A stretch of 64,000 nt of DNA from Macrostomum lignano (Eukaryota), in contig NIVC01001406.1 of assembly GCA_002269645.1 (NCBI GenBank), positions 1 to 64,000 of the forward strand. The letters are read 5' to 3'. Below the pieces are notes generated by a model that did no database searches, was not told the DNA's origin, and saw only the letters and a list, made by a program, of their open reading frames with translations. Positions 1-11,308 of the stretch are shown piece after piece. Within the stretch, counting starts at the first letter, position 1, and each line of letters starts with the position of its first letter. The position numbers and the translations under genes were made by a program.

Positions 1-359
1 AAAATTTGGTGTTATCATATTTTCATTCACAGTTCATTCATCTGTCATTGCTAGACTTTTTTTATTTAACTATCTTCTAATCGCCCGGTTGTAACAGTTA
101 GCTAAACACAAAATTCACTTTCTATTTAGATTCGATCCGAACAACAAAAACGAGCTGCTAGCTAACAATTTCTGTGTAAATAAATGCATAAAATTTAAAG
201 AAAGTTTTTGTTTGTTTAGAAAAGATTGGTTTCTTCAATAACTAACTCTTAATTTATGCAATTCTTGTACCATTTTTGTATCAAATTCGGGTACATGCGG
301 TTAGCAGTATTAAAGTCTAGATAAACTCACAATTCAATCAATTCAAACAAATGTCAAGC

Positions 360-585
360 AGACAGCGTCAAAACCCAGGTTCGATTCCCATGTGCGTGGC
401 CACATTAGTGACTGGCAAGTTTAAATGTGTCAGAAAATTGACCTGGGGCTTGTGCGATTCGCGCCAATTGAAGGCTAACCTCCAAGGTACAGAGTGTGTA
501 CATGTCTGACATTAGTCGAGCATGCGAGCATTAGTCCCTCGCATCTTTAGTGAAGTATATGCGTATGAAGTATGTAGTGAAACAT
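360..585 (+). mobile_element. tRNA-SINE family copy (diverged)
   Basis: B box GGTTCGATTCC at 378-388; body gctaacctccaaggtacagagtgtgtacatgtctgac is similar to the other copies. Confidence 0.55.
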
Positions 586-591
586 GCTTGG

Positions 592-733
592 GCGCAACCT
601 AGGGATTCACCCGGCCGTTTCTTTTGGCAACACACACATTGGACGGAATAGTAGTCACGTGACTGCTCTCAGCCAATAGCGACTTACATGTGTGTGTTGC
701 CAATAGAAACAGCAGTGATTCCCAAGGTTGCGC
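592..733. mobile_element. Foldback element/MITE with imperfect TIRs of about 47 bp
   Basis: gcgcaacctagggattcac...ttggcaacacacacat versus atgtgtgtgttgccaa...gattcccaaggttgcgc; central GTCACGTGAC palindrome. Confidence 0.6.
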
Positions 734-1347
734 ATGTATGAAAGTTAACAAAGTCTTGAAGTCGTAACTCTATTTAAATTTCAGCTTTTTATTAAATTGT
801 TTTTTTTTCCCACTCGGACTGGCACTGCCTGCCTATGTTGATATATTTTTAGTAACAATTAGTTAAAATATGAATCAAGGGTGTACTTTATTAACCATTC
901 GTAATATAGAATAGACAATTTAAAAAGTAATAGAGAAAAGTAGCTGTTTTAATAACATTTCTAAAACAAATTGAAAGTTACCGTATCTAAAGTGTTGGAA
1001 TTAAAGGATAAACAGTAAGTAAACACGGGAGTGCAGTATTGCAGTTATGTGGAATGTACACGAGAGCTTCTAGAATTCAAACGTGTAAAGAAATGAGTTG
1101 AAAAAATTGCCACTAAAACAAGACTAGAGAATGTAGAAATTTAATAAACTACACAGAGATATATTGCCTTTAATGTTGCCAATGCATTTGACGATAAAAC
1201 TAGGTTAAAAAGATAAAAAGACAATAAAGTGGAGATTGCACAAAAAAGCAGAACAGATTCCTATGGAATCGAAGCCAAATTGTTAATTAATGTTAAATTA
1301 TGAACAACTCAGCTGGATTTCGTACTCAATCTTGCCGTAGCGAGAGC

Positions 1348-1417
1348 TCACATCACGTACCGAGGATCTTCTGCAGCAGTGCTGTCAAATCCCATTGGCA
1401 GGCTGCCAGGAAATAGT

Positions 1418-1457
<40 letters not shown>

Positions 1458-4400
1458 GCGGATCCGAGACTGGAACGGCGAACGCTTGGTGTGACGACCG
1501 TTTGACAACTTCGCCCCATTCGTCTGCAAAGCAAGCGCAAAATGAATTGATAAGGCGAATTCCTTATATGGAAAGTACAGTATGTTAATTCTAAGACTGG
1601 AAAAAGATAACTCTGTGAAGGACTGATAAGGAAGTAGCCGCACTTAGTGAAGAACTGATAAGGAGGCAGTGGCACTCTGTGAGGGACTAATACGGAGGCA
1701 GTGGCACTCTGTGAAGGGCTGATAAGGAGGTAGCCGCACTTAGTGAAGAACTGATAAGAAGGCAGTGGCACTCTTTGAAGGACTGATAAGGAGACAGTGG
1801 CACTCTGTGAAGGACTGATAAGGAGTCAGCGGCACTCTGTGAAGGACTGATAGGGAGGTAGCGGCACTCTGTGAAGGACTGATCTGATAGGGAGGTAGCG
1901 GCACTGTGAATGCCTGGGGATGGTAGAGACAACGTCCTCCTATAAAACGCAGGCTCACTTCGTTCTTGTCTGCGGTTGCGCATCTGCCGTTTGAAGATTA
2001 GGACGGCAACAAAGACCAGTATGGAGAATCCGATCACGCAGGCTGAAATGCAGTTGGAAGGCTTTTTAATAAAGGCAGGTAGAGAACTTCGGGAAGGTAC
2101 TTTTGTACTTCAACCTGCAGACAAACTGAGCAATCCCCTCCGTACGGAACAAAACCCGGAGCTGGGAATCAATGTGACTTCTAAATATTTTTTCCACTTT
2201 CTTTCTAAACTCCATGGAGCAGAGGCCTAAATAAGGAACCACAATGACGGGACTACGATCCGGCTCGGGGTTTTGTTCCGTACGGAAAAGACCGCTCAGT
2301 TTGTCTGCAGGTTGAAGTCCCGTGTTCCTGGACATCAACCAACATCACCTAGAACATCACCTACATTGGTAACACTAAGCGACACTTGTACACAAGGGTT
2401 AAGGAGCATTGGATTAGAAATTCTGCCATCAATGAGCACCTTCTCACGTGCAACTCCTGCTGCAATATGAACTGTTGTGATATGTTTAAAGTTATCGTTT
2501 CCTGTAGCAAAGAAAACAAATTGAACATTCTCGAGGCTATGTACATCAAGGCTCAGAAACCAAGTTTGAACAGCCAGTTAGCCATGGGGGGTGCAAGCCG
2601 CCAACTCAATGTGTTTTAGCTACGTTGGCAGTCTCGTTGAACTTTATTTAGGTTTTCTTTCTCTTGCTAACCGGACTGGACTGAAATTGATTTGCACTTG
2701 GCATTGTACAGTCTTCATTTCTTAAATAAAATATATAACTTGGTTCTGTGTGATTAATTGACGCGTCTGCCCTGAAGATGACCGATTGTGGTCGAAATGC
2801 ATTGGCAAAACTAAAATGTTGATTTTGAGTTTTCTCTACCATGCAGGAAGGGACACTGGCCTGCCTAAATTTTCTTCATGTTTGATGTTTAGTCTCGTCC
2901 AATTCTCTTAACTTACAACAGATCTTCTCACAAATTTTGATAAAAGGCTTCAACTTCTCTTTATTGCAATCATTACGAGTACCTGTCACCTTTAAAAGTT
3001 GACTTTGAAATTTGACAGGGTTCAAGGCAGCAACTATGACGCGCTACGACCCTTGGTTTGATTTTATGAAAGGCCAAATGAAAAGTCATTTAAGAGCCTG
3101 TGCGCAAAGATTGGTTTCGGGGTTGTTGTGCGATTCAAAGCCATGAGAGCCAACCACCAAGGCACAGAGTGGACATGTCTGACAGTTAAAAAGCCAGGGC
3201 TATTGTACACCCTGTGTGAGCGTGTAACTGTGTGTAGCTGTAGCATCAGTCCTATCAAAATTTGAAAGAATGTGCTCAGAAACTCGCCTATCTGTTGTGT
3301 GCAAACGAAAGAACTAGACTAAACATGCACAAAATTTCGGGTAGGGCAGTACAAAAAGAGGCCTCCCCGATTTGAAACGCCAATCAAGTTGTGCATGCCA
3401 GCGGGGCGGCTCACATAGCACCATGACGATGAACACTGGCAGTGTCATATTGGCGATGCGGCCAGTGCAGGAATAAGCGAATTCGTCCGAATTATCGTAG
3501 CAACTATCGAATCCGTCGCACACAAGCGAATCGGGTAGACAGCGGTAGCGGTAGTGCCAGCAGCTGAAGTAGCCAGTCGGACAAACAAAGGAGGAGCCGC
3601 GCAGAAAGCTGCTCAGAGTGACATCGAATGCATCCTGGCGTTGTACAGTTCGTTTGGGATCATCCGGATTATAGGACAGCATGATCTTCTGCGACGGGCC
3701 TTTGGTCTCGTCAAAGTGCAGATCGGGGCATTTCTGCAGATAGTTGGTGCAGTTGCAGCTCATCAGCGGCAGCGGGTCGGCTGGCACACGGACCTCGGAG
3801 CCAATCCACTCGTCTGGCACTACATCCATGCGCCAGCCAGTGAACATGTACACTGTGAAGGTTGGGCAGCTTTGACCGATTCTGCGCAGGTCGACTTTGT
3901 TCAAGCGTACAGCGATGTACAAGTTTGGATCTGGTGCTTCAAAGTACATTGTGCAGTTAAAATTGGAGACTATTGGACCATTTGTAACACGGAATCCATG
4001 GCCTCGCCTTGTGGTGTCATAGCAGGAATCCATTTTAACTGTGTTTTGAAAAAAAACATTAAAGAATCAAATTAATATTATACTATATAGTTGTTAAATT
4101 ATATCGATCAATAGTTGAATGATTAGTTAATATAAAAGTCCTAATTAAAAGTAAAAATTAAGAAAAACTTATATCATTCTAAAAAATGCTATTTTAAGTA
4201 GGATATAAAATAGATCTTATAGCATGAATAGATTTTAATACATTTTATCTAGTACCATTATTTTTGTAATTTATATAATTTTATGTTATCATATATATCA
4301 AGGCGGAAGGCCTTTTTGTTTCAATAGATGGAATGGCAGCGAAGAGTTTATGCTGCTTTGTGCGTGTATTTATATATTTACAAACAACACCAGATAGAGG

Positions 4401-5426
4401 GGCCAAGCCAAGGGAGGTGCAAAACAGGTGGCATGGCGTGATTGGCTATGCCAACCCCCTGGCTTAGGGAGCCAGCTAGCGTGGTGCGCAACCACCCCAC
4501 CTCAGCTAGACAGAGGTTGGGGGGGGTTTCCAGTGTGGCTGCACTGGTGCTGCCAGTCACGTACAGTCTGGCCGCCACAATATCATCATTATTATTGTAT
4601 TCTGCTTGAATGTATCTACCTATCATTCATATAAGACATTTAGGCTATATCTATGATGGCAATCTAGTATACCTATATATTAACAGTGGCGCAACCAGGG
4701 GGGGGGGGGGGCGGTCACCCCCCCCTTAGGCGGGGGACCGAAAAAAATCAAAGGGGGGACCAAGCGAATTTTCGCCAAAAACAGAGCCACCCCTCCACCG
4801 CCCCCCCCCTCCCGGACTTTACCCTCAGAATCCACCCCCCCTTGAAAAATTTCTGGTTGCGCTACTGTATATTAATTTCTTTTTTTAAATGGTTATTTTA
4901 TATAATATTAGATGAAATTCAGCTTTTATCTTTTTTTAAATACTTTCTCATACAGGACTTGCTTTTTTCCTTTATTAATATATAACTCTTTATCTCAAAG
5001 TGAGCAAGTCTAGTTTAAAAAATCATCATTTATATCATTGTCATAAATACTAAATAGGACATAAAAGCTTTTATGCTTTAAGTAGTTAAAACATAAAATA
5101 TGTCAAAAGCTAATTGGACATGCTTATAAATCTAAGTAGGCCTAGGCTGAATTATTTAATAAAATATACACTCAAATACAAATATTTAAAAAATTATACT
5201 TAAATAACTTCAGCTAAAAACTAAACAAATGGGCCTTCTTGAACTTTGGGTAGATATAGTAGTGCTATTAATATATATTTATGATGTCATATGACAAAAT
5301 ATAAAGCGTATAGACCACTAAACTTAAAAACATGAAATGAAATTTCTTACCTTCAGCAGTAAACGAAATTACAATTTGAGGAAGGTAAACGACTACCAAC
5401 ATTAAACTGATGCACAGGCTGGCCAT
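1348..5426 (-). CDS. Single-pass membrane receptor: signal peptide, CUB-like domain, LDL-receptor class A repeat, TM, cytoplasmic tail with polyQ (LDLRAD/Neto-like architecture); 4 exons
   Basis: Exons on minus: 5426-5351 (MASLCISLMLVVVYLPQIVISFTAE, donor gtaag, phase 1); 4038-3415 (KMDSCYD...CPTGYFSCWHYRYRCLPDSLVCDGFDSCYDNSDEFAYSC, an LDLa motif, then start of TM; donor gtgag, phase 1); 2042 to about 1914-1906 (SCVIGFSILVFVAVLIFKRQMR; donor uncertain); 1523-1348 (EWGEVVKR...QQQQ...EDPRYVM*). All junction phases are compatible. Confidence 0.8.
1607..1905. repeat. 32-bp minisatellite in the last intron of the LDLa gene
   Basis: Unit ggcactctgtgaaggactgataaggaggcagt; copies at 1671 and 1703. 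Confidence 0.9.
2107..2318. mobile_element. Foldback element/MITE with imperfect TIRs of about 60 bp
   Basis: acttcaacctgcagacaaactgag...ccgtacggaacaaaacc versus ggttttgttccgtacgg...ctcagtttgtctgcaggttgaagt. Confidence 0.65.
2341..2860 (+). mobile_element. 5'-truncated Penelope-like retroelement (GIY-YIG endonuclease C-terminus plus 3' region) in an intron of the LDLa gene
   Basis: ITYIGNTKRHLYTRVKEH...SAINEHL...LNILEAMYIKAQKPSLNSQL* at 2356-2619, followed by a hammerhead motif; 3' boundary approximate. Confidence 0.8.
2768..2807 (+). ncRNA. Minimal type I hammerhead ribozyme motif
   Basis: TGCC-CTGAAGA-T-GACC-gattgt-GGTC-GAAA-TGCA-TT-GGCA: stem I TGCC/GGCA, core CUGAAGA and GAAA, stem II GACC/GGTC, very short stem III with palindrome ATGCAT. 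Confidence 0.75.
3015..3245 (+). mobile_element. tRNA-SINE family copy (diverged)
   Basis: gagccaaccaccaaggcacagagtggacatgtctgac...cagggctattgtacaccctgtgtgagcgtgt matches the family body and tail. Confidence 0.6.
4684..4867. mobile_element. hAT-type MITE (184 bp)
   Basis: 15-bp TIRs CAGTGGCGCAACCAG / CTGGTTGCGCTACTG (one mismatch); 8-bp TSD TATATTAA at 4676-4683 and 4868-4875. Confidence 0.85.
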
Positions 5427-8103
5427 CTTTTAACTGCAATCGAAAGAAATTCTGAATGCCTCTAAATTGTTATATAAAAATTGCTACACCAAGGTTAACG
5501 ACATATGTCACTAACTATACGTTTGTTGATATGCCCCTGGCTAGCTGACCTAAGTATATACAATTAACTTCCCGAAAATAGAATAAAATGAATTAACGCT
5601 AAAGCGATACTTAAACTTTGTGAAAACATTACATTACTCAGAAGCTACATAAATAAACGATATAAAACTTAGCAGATGGGTTAAAAACCAAGTAAATTAG
5701 ATTACCGATTTAATAATTGCAATGATTTGTTTTACTAGGTAATAACGAAGCTTGTTGCTTTGGTTCCAGATTCCTAGCCAAAAATTGTTACTGCTTTTGG
5801 TAAAAGGCAGGCCTAATGTTCACCTTTTGATATTAATTACCTTTCTTATACCTCTATTAGTATTAATAAACCATTTTATTTTGAAAAGTAGAATTGTCTT
5901 AATACACCAAAACCGACGCGATGCTTGTGTGTTGCAAGTGAACTCTTTCACTACTAGCAAGTCAGCATCGAAACTTATATGGGAAAACTGCAAGTTTTTC
6001 GGATCAGGCTTTAGCCTATTTTTATGTTATAATTTCATATCCAACATCTCAGTGTAACTCGTCGTATGCAGGCTGTAGCGTACGTGCCTAAAATCATGAA
6101 AATGGCAGAGCTCTATTTTATTTTTCTTAGCTTGATGACTGCAAGGACAACTTAAGTTACTTGTTGTATATAACTTGAGTAGTCCTTGAATGACTGTGTA
6201 GCAAAATGCTTAATCCAATGATAAAATAGATTCATAAAATTATGAGCCCAGAGTTGTGGCATTTTTAAAATTAATACGAGCTCGAATCCTAGTTTTCTAA
6301 ACGAAAAACTTTATTAATGGAATAGCTAGCTAAAAGAAAGGCAAGTCATAGCAAAAGATGAACATTGGGTCTCATGCCTCCTATCAAAAGCAATAACAAG
6401 ATTTGTGCCGAAGAATGAAAACTGCCTGCCTATCTCGATCTGTAATGTATACTTTTTGGTAAAACCTGTATCCTAAAATTTTCCAAGAAACGTGTAGTTT
6501 CCTTTCCTACTTGAGTAGTTCTTAAAATAATCCCGATTACGCCCTGTTTAATTAGCCTATCTGGCGAATAAGATATCTTGCTAACTGCAAAAAAAGCAGG
6601 AAAAAATCAATTAATTTTTTCCAAGCTATTTGATTTTCACGAGCTCCCCGGGTGTAAAAAAACATGTATACATATGAATGTTACTGTACTTTGAGCTATT
6701 AGCAGCCATGAATTGAATACAGTATAAAATTATTAATATTATATTAACTATAGTTAGCATATAGAAGCGAACATTTCGATACAGCTGTGCCCCCAGTGCT
6801 ACCCCCACTCTACGAGTTACTGTAGAATTGAGAAGCCAACAGCTCTTAAAAGGGGAGATCTTTGTTAGATAAAAACGACGGAGAACTATTTGTATAAGAT
6901 TCAGAAAGAGTCCAGCAGGTTTTACTTCTTTAAGACAGAACGCTTTCGATCCAGTTCAGAAGAGTCGATCGATTAAATCGTTTGAACAATCGACCCCTCT
7001 TTCTGAATTAGTTTCTACTTCTCAATCCATATGAGTGGGACACTCCAAATAAGGGTGTGTTCAGCTCAGCGCTTGTTCTACATACAAAAGCGAAACTTGG
7101 CTTTGCCTATAGTTATAAACCACAACTGATTTGATCTACGAGCCACATACGAGTACTCGATCGGTTCCTCAAAACGGATTCTGCTAGTACTTTATCCAAT
7201 AAAATAAACCAGGGAGTATCTGATCGTTGTCAGGAAAGTGGCAATTTTTAGAAGGCATGCAAGATGACAGACGGAAACAAGCTGTCATGTTTCATTTTCC
7301 TCAAACTTTTTTGCTCATTTTTGTCGGAATCCGATATTATCCGATTCCCATAAAGCGTTAGCAGCTCTCTCAAGTACCCAGAGCACCTCATACGAGCGTA
7401 CAAGGATGACAATACTGACTTTTTCATTTCTACGCGTAGTTGTTGAAAATTCCCTGGCCTGTGAGACGCACGCAATAAATCGCTAGGTCAAACCTCTGCT
7501 TAATTGGTCGATCGCGCAACCCTGCCCCCCGCAATAGCACAAACTCTATAGCCTGATCCTGTTGCCAGCCAGAAATGCACCGCAGGCAGAAGCAGAGCTC
7601 ATTGAATTGCATAGAACATTAGAACGCTCGCCAAACAACCGCAACTTGCTTGCGAATGGGATCAACCTCTGCCCGCGCCTCGAGGAAGAAAGGATTAAAG
7701 AAGAAGCGTGCCTGCTTAAAGAGAGAAAGACGATTGGGAGTGGGAAAAATCTATTGTACGCAACGAAACTGACCGGGCCACCACTCTACTCCGAAGTGCC
7801 GAGCAAAATTCAGTCCTAAGTACTGCAGACCAACTGTATGGAGGTTGGCTAGGGGCACAACAGCCAATGGTGGGGCGGCCAGTTGTCCAGATCGCTTTTG
7901 GATAGACGAATTGGGAAGAATGAAGAGAGATCGAAGGGTAGTAAGTTTTGACGCAAAAAGGGCGGGGCCTGCTGGGTGAGTCCCATGCGGTAGTAATCGA
8001 CAAAGAGGGGTATCGACGGCTCCAGCTAGACAATAACGCGGCCAGAAAAAGGTCATAGATAGGTATAGACCAGGTTTTTCATAGACAAGGCGTCACGTAT
8101 TGA

Positions 8104-11100
8104 ATGTCGTCGTTAAATGCCACGGCAACGACCGCCCTGTGCGTGGCCAATCGCAGATGGTACGTGTACCTCTCGTCCAGCGGCATCGCTCTCGCTAGCG
8201 GTGTGACTTTGGTGCTGCTATACCGCCTAGCCGAGTACCTGTTCGTGCGATATGACTCTTATCAGCGCTCCCGCCGCGTCAAAAGCGACACTGAAAACTC
8301 AAGTAATGCCAACGCCAACGCTCCCGGCGAGCAAACATCCGAGGATGAGGGCCCGAAACTAAGCTGGACGACTGAAGCCAAGGACTGGGCTGGGGAGCTG
8401 ATTTCTGGCCAGACAGCCACCGGGCGTATCCTTGTTGTCCTGGTCTTCCTAGTCAGCATCGCATCGCTCGTCGTGTACATAGCGGACACAGTGCGAATGG
8501 TGGAAACTGAGGAGTGCGTTTCCTGGCCAGAGAACGTTAGCCATCAAGTCGATTTAGCTTTTAACATTGTGTTTCTATTGTACTTTTTTTATCAGGTTCA
8601 TAGCTGCGCATGACAAGCTGTGGTTCTGGTTCGAACTTTACAGTCTGGTGGACATCTTTACTATACCACCCAGTTTCGTGGCCATTTACATGAATCGAAC
8701 TTGGATCGGACTACGATTTACCCGGGCCTTGCGGATCCTCAGCTTACCGGATGTTCTTCAGTATCTGAATGTGCTGCGCACAAGCACCAGTATCCGCCTG
8801 TTTCAACTCATCACATTTTTTGCCTCGTTGGTTCTTACAGCTGCTGGTTTCATTCATCTAGCCGAGAATTCAGGTGATCCTCCATCGTTCACCAACCGAA
8901 ACCGTAACTTTGACATGAACTATTTTACCTGCATCTACTTTGTGATAGTAACCATAGCCACAGTGGGCTACGGAGACGTTTTTTGTACGACCACAACGGG
9001 TCGGATATTCTCAGCGCTGGTGATCATGGGAGGTCTGGCCGTGTTTGCTAACTCCATCCCGGAGATCGCAGACATTCTCAGCTCGCGCAACAAATACGGC
9101 GGCCACTTCCACAAGGAAGCTGGTAAGCAGCATATCGTCCTGTGCGGCCACATCACCTACGAATCTGTATCTAACTTCCTCGGCGACTTTCTACATGAAG
9201 ACCGCGAGGATGTCGACGTTCAGATAGTAATATTGGACAAGCACGTGCCAGATTTAGAGCTTCAAGGTTTACTAAAGCGACACTTCACTCAAGTCGATTT
9301 CTTCCAGGGCTCCGTCATGAACGCGCGCGACCTGGGCCGTGTAGATCTGCCCACAGCTGACGCATGCCTGGTGCTTGCCAACCGCTACTGCCCCGACCCG
9401 GACGCCGAGGACGCCGCCAATATAATGCGAGTCATCTCCATCAAAAACTTTTGCGACCACATCAAGGTGATTATCCAGCTGATGCAGTACCATAACAAGA
9501 CCTATTTGTTAAACATCCCCAGTTGGGATTGGAAACAGGGCGATGATGCTGTCTGCGTAGCTGAACTGAAACTGGGCTTCATAGCGCAGAGTTGCCTGGC
9601 TTTCGGTTTCTCCACCCTACTGGCAAACCTTTTCACAATGCGGAGCTACCGTGAGGGCAAGGAGATGCCAGTGTGGCTCAACAACTACCTAGAGGGCGCC
9701 GGAGCCGAGATGTATACCGAGTTCCTGTCGCCAGCTTTCGAGGGACTAACTTTTCCAGCAGCTGCTGAGCTCTGCTTCAGCAAGCTTCGTCTGCTTCTTA
9801 TTGCAGTGGAGGCTAGGAACGACGCAAATAGCTCTGAAAGCTGCATCGCTATCAATCCAAAAGAAAACGTTGTCGTGCAAAAAGGCACGCAAGGATTTTT
9901 CGTGGCACAGTCGGCTGAAGAGGTAAAGAAGGCCTACTTCTACTGCAAACGCTGCCACGGTGACGTAGACGATGCCAAGCTGATCAGAAAGTGCCGCTGT
10001 CGATCTGTCGCCGAGAAGCCACCTTCAAAGATGATTTTCCGCAATCGCCACGCGAATGCCAAATTCCCGAAGACTGTTGAGCAGCAGAATTCAGCTCGAA
10101 ACGGTAGCGCCGGCGTCGCTGATGGAACTCCAGTGGGCGAGGCTACGGAACTACGACAGCTCAGGGGAGGTAGGAAACAGTCGATGATTGTGAGCGCACA
10201 AGAAGCCAAGCTGCTGGACCAGGTAGAGAGAAAATTTGACTCAACTGGCATGTTTCACTGGTGTCCAGATGTTAGTTTCGAGGAAGCATTGCTCGATCGG
10301 GAGCAGATGTCACTGACTGTTTTCAGTAATCATATTGTTGTTTGCCTATTCGCCGATGCATCTAGCCCATTAATTGGCTTGCGCAGTTTTGTCATGCCAC
10401 TCAGGGCCAGCAATTTTCATTACGGCGAATTGCGTCACGTGATCTTCGTTGGCAATACCGACTACATGCGCCGCGAGTGGAAGACGCTGATGAATTTTCC
10501 CAAGCTGAGTGTGTTTCCCGGATCCCCCTTGAACCGGTCCAATCTTCGCGCCGTGAACATTAACCTGGCCCAAATGTGCGTAGTTCTCAGTTCAAAGCAG
10601 AACTCGGGCGGAGACGATGCAACTCTAGTTGATAAGGAGGCCATTCTCTGCTCCTTGAACATCAAAGCGATGACCTTCGATACGCCGCCAGAGAGTCGGC
10701 GTCGAGCAAATAATGTTCGCGTCCTGACCGAGCTGGCCGTGGACGGCAACGTTCAGTTTCTCGACCAGGATGATGACGACGATCCAGACACGGCGCTGTA
10801 CATGACACAGCCCTTCGCTTGTGGCACCTCCTTTGCTGTCAGCGTGCTTGACTCGCTGATGAGCACTGCCTACTTCAATGAAAACGCCCTAACACTTATC
10901 CGTACGCTGGTCACGGGCGGCGCCACTCCGGAGTTGGAGCAGATCTTGGCGGAGGGCGCCGGCATACGGGGCGGCTTCAGCAGTCCGGAGACGCTACGCA
11001 ACCGAGACCGGACTCGGGTCACTCAGCTGCCACTTGCAGACGACCGGCTGCGCGAATTGAGTCAGCCGGGCAGTACGTATTCGGACCTGTTCCTGGGCGC

Positions 11101-11308
11101 CCTGCGGCGCCACGGCATCCTCTGCATCGGCCTCTACAGGTTCCTAGCGGCCGAGCACGAAGCGACCGACAGTGAACAGCAGGCGACGCCACCGGCGCCT
11201 TACAAGCGATACGTCATCACCAATCCGCCGGCAACTTTCCGCATCCTGCCCACCGATCACGTGTTCTGCCTGCAGCGGTTCTCCGCCACAGAGTCGAATC
11301 CGGCTTGA
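8104..11308 (+). CDS. slo: Slo1/BK large-conductance Ca2+-activated K+ channel alpha subunit, intronless, with one +1 frameshift at the T7 run 8584-8590 (about 1067 aa if corrected)
   Basis: S0 ([11 protein letters not shown]), [24 protein letters not shown]4 LRFTRALR, selectivity filter TVGYGD, RCK1 [14 protein letters not shown] motif, calcium bowl [12 protein letters not shown] and TQPFACG. ORFs 8104-8613 and 8567-11308 join into ...[15 protein letters not shown] if one T is removed. Confidence 0.95.

Noticed and set aside
4501-4619. Possible extra exon of the LDLa gene (GRYIQAEYNNNDD...LCLAE)
   Set aside because: It ends in phase 0 but the next acceptor (4038) needs phase 1; exon 1 joins 4038 directly in frame.
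7248-8056. Short ORFs upstream of slo, possibly retroelement remnants (QYLGLNF)
   Set aside because: No convincing RT or endonuclease motif; too short and in inconsistent frames.
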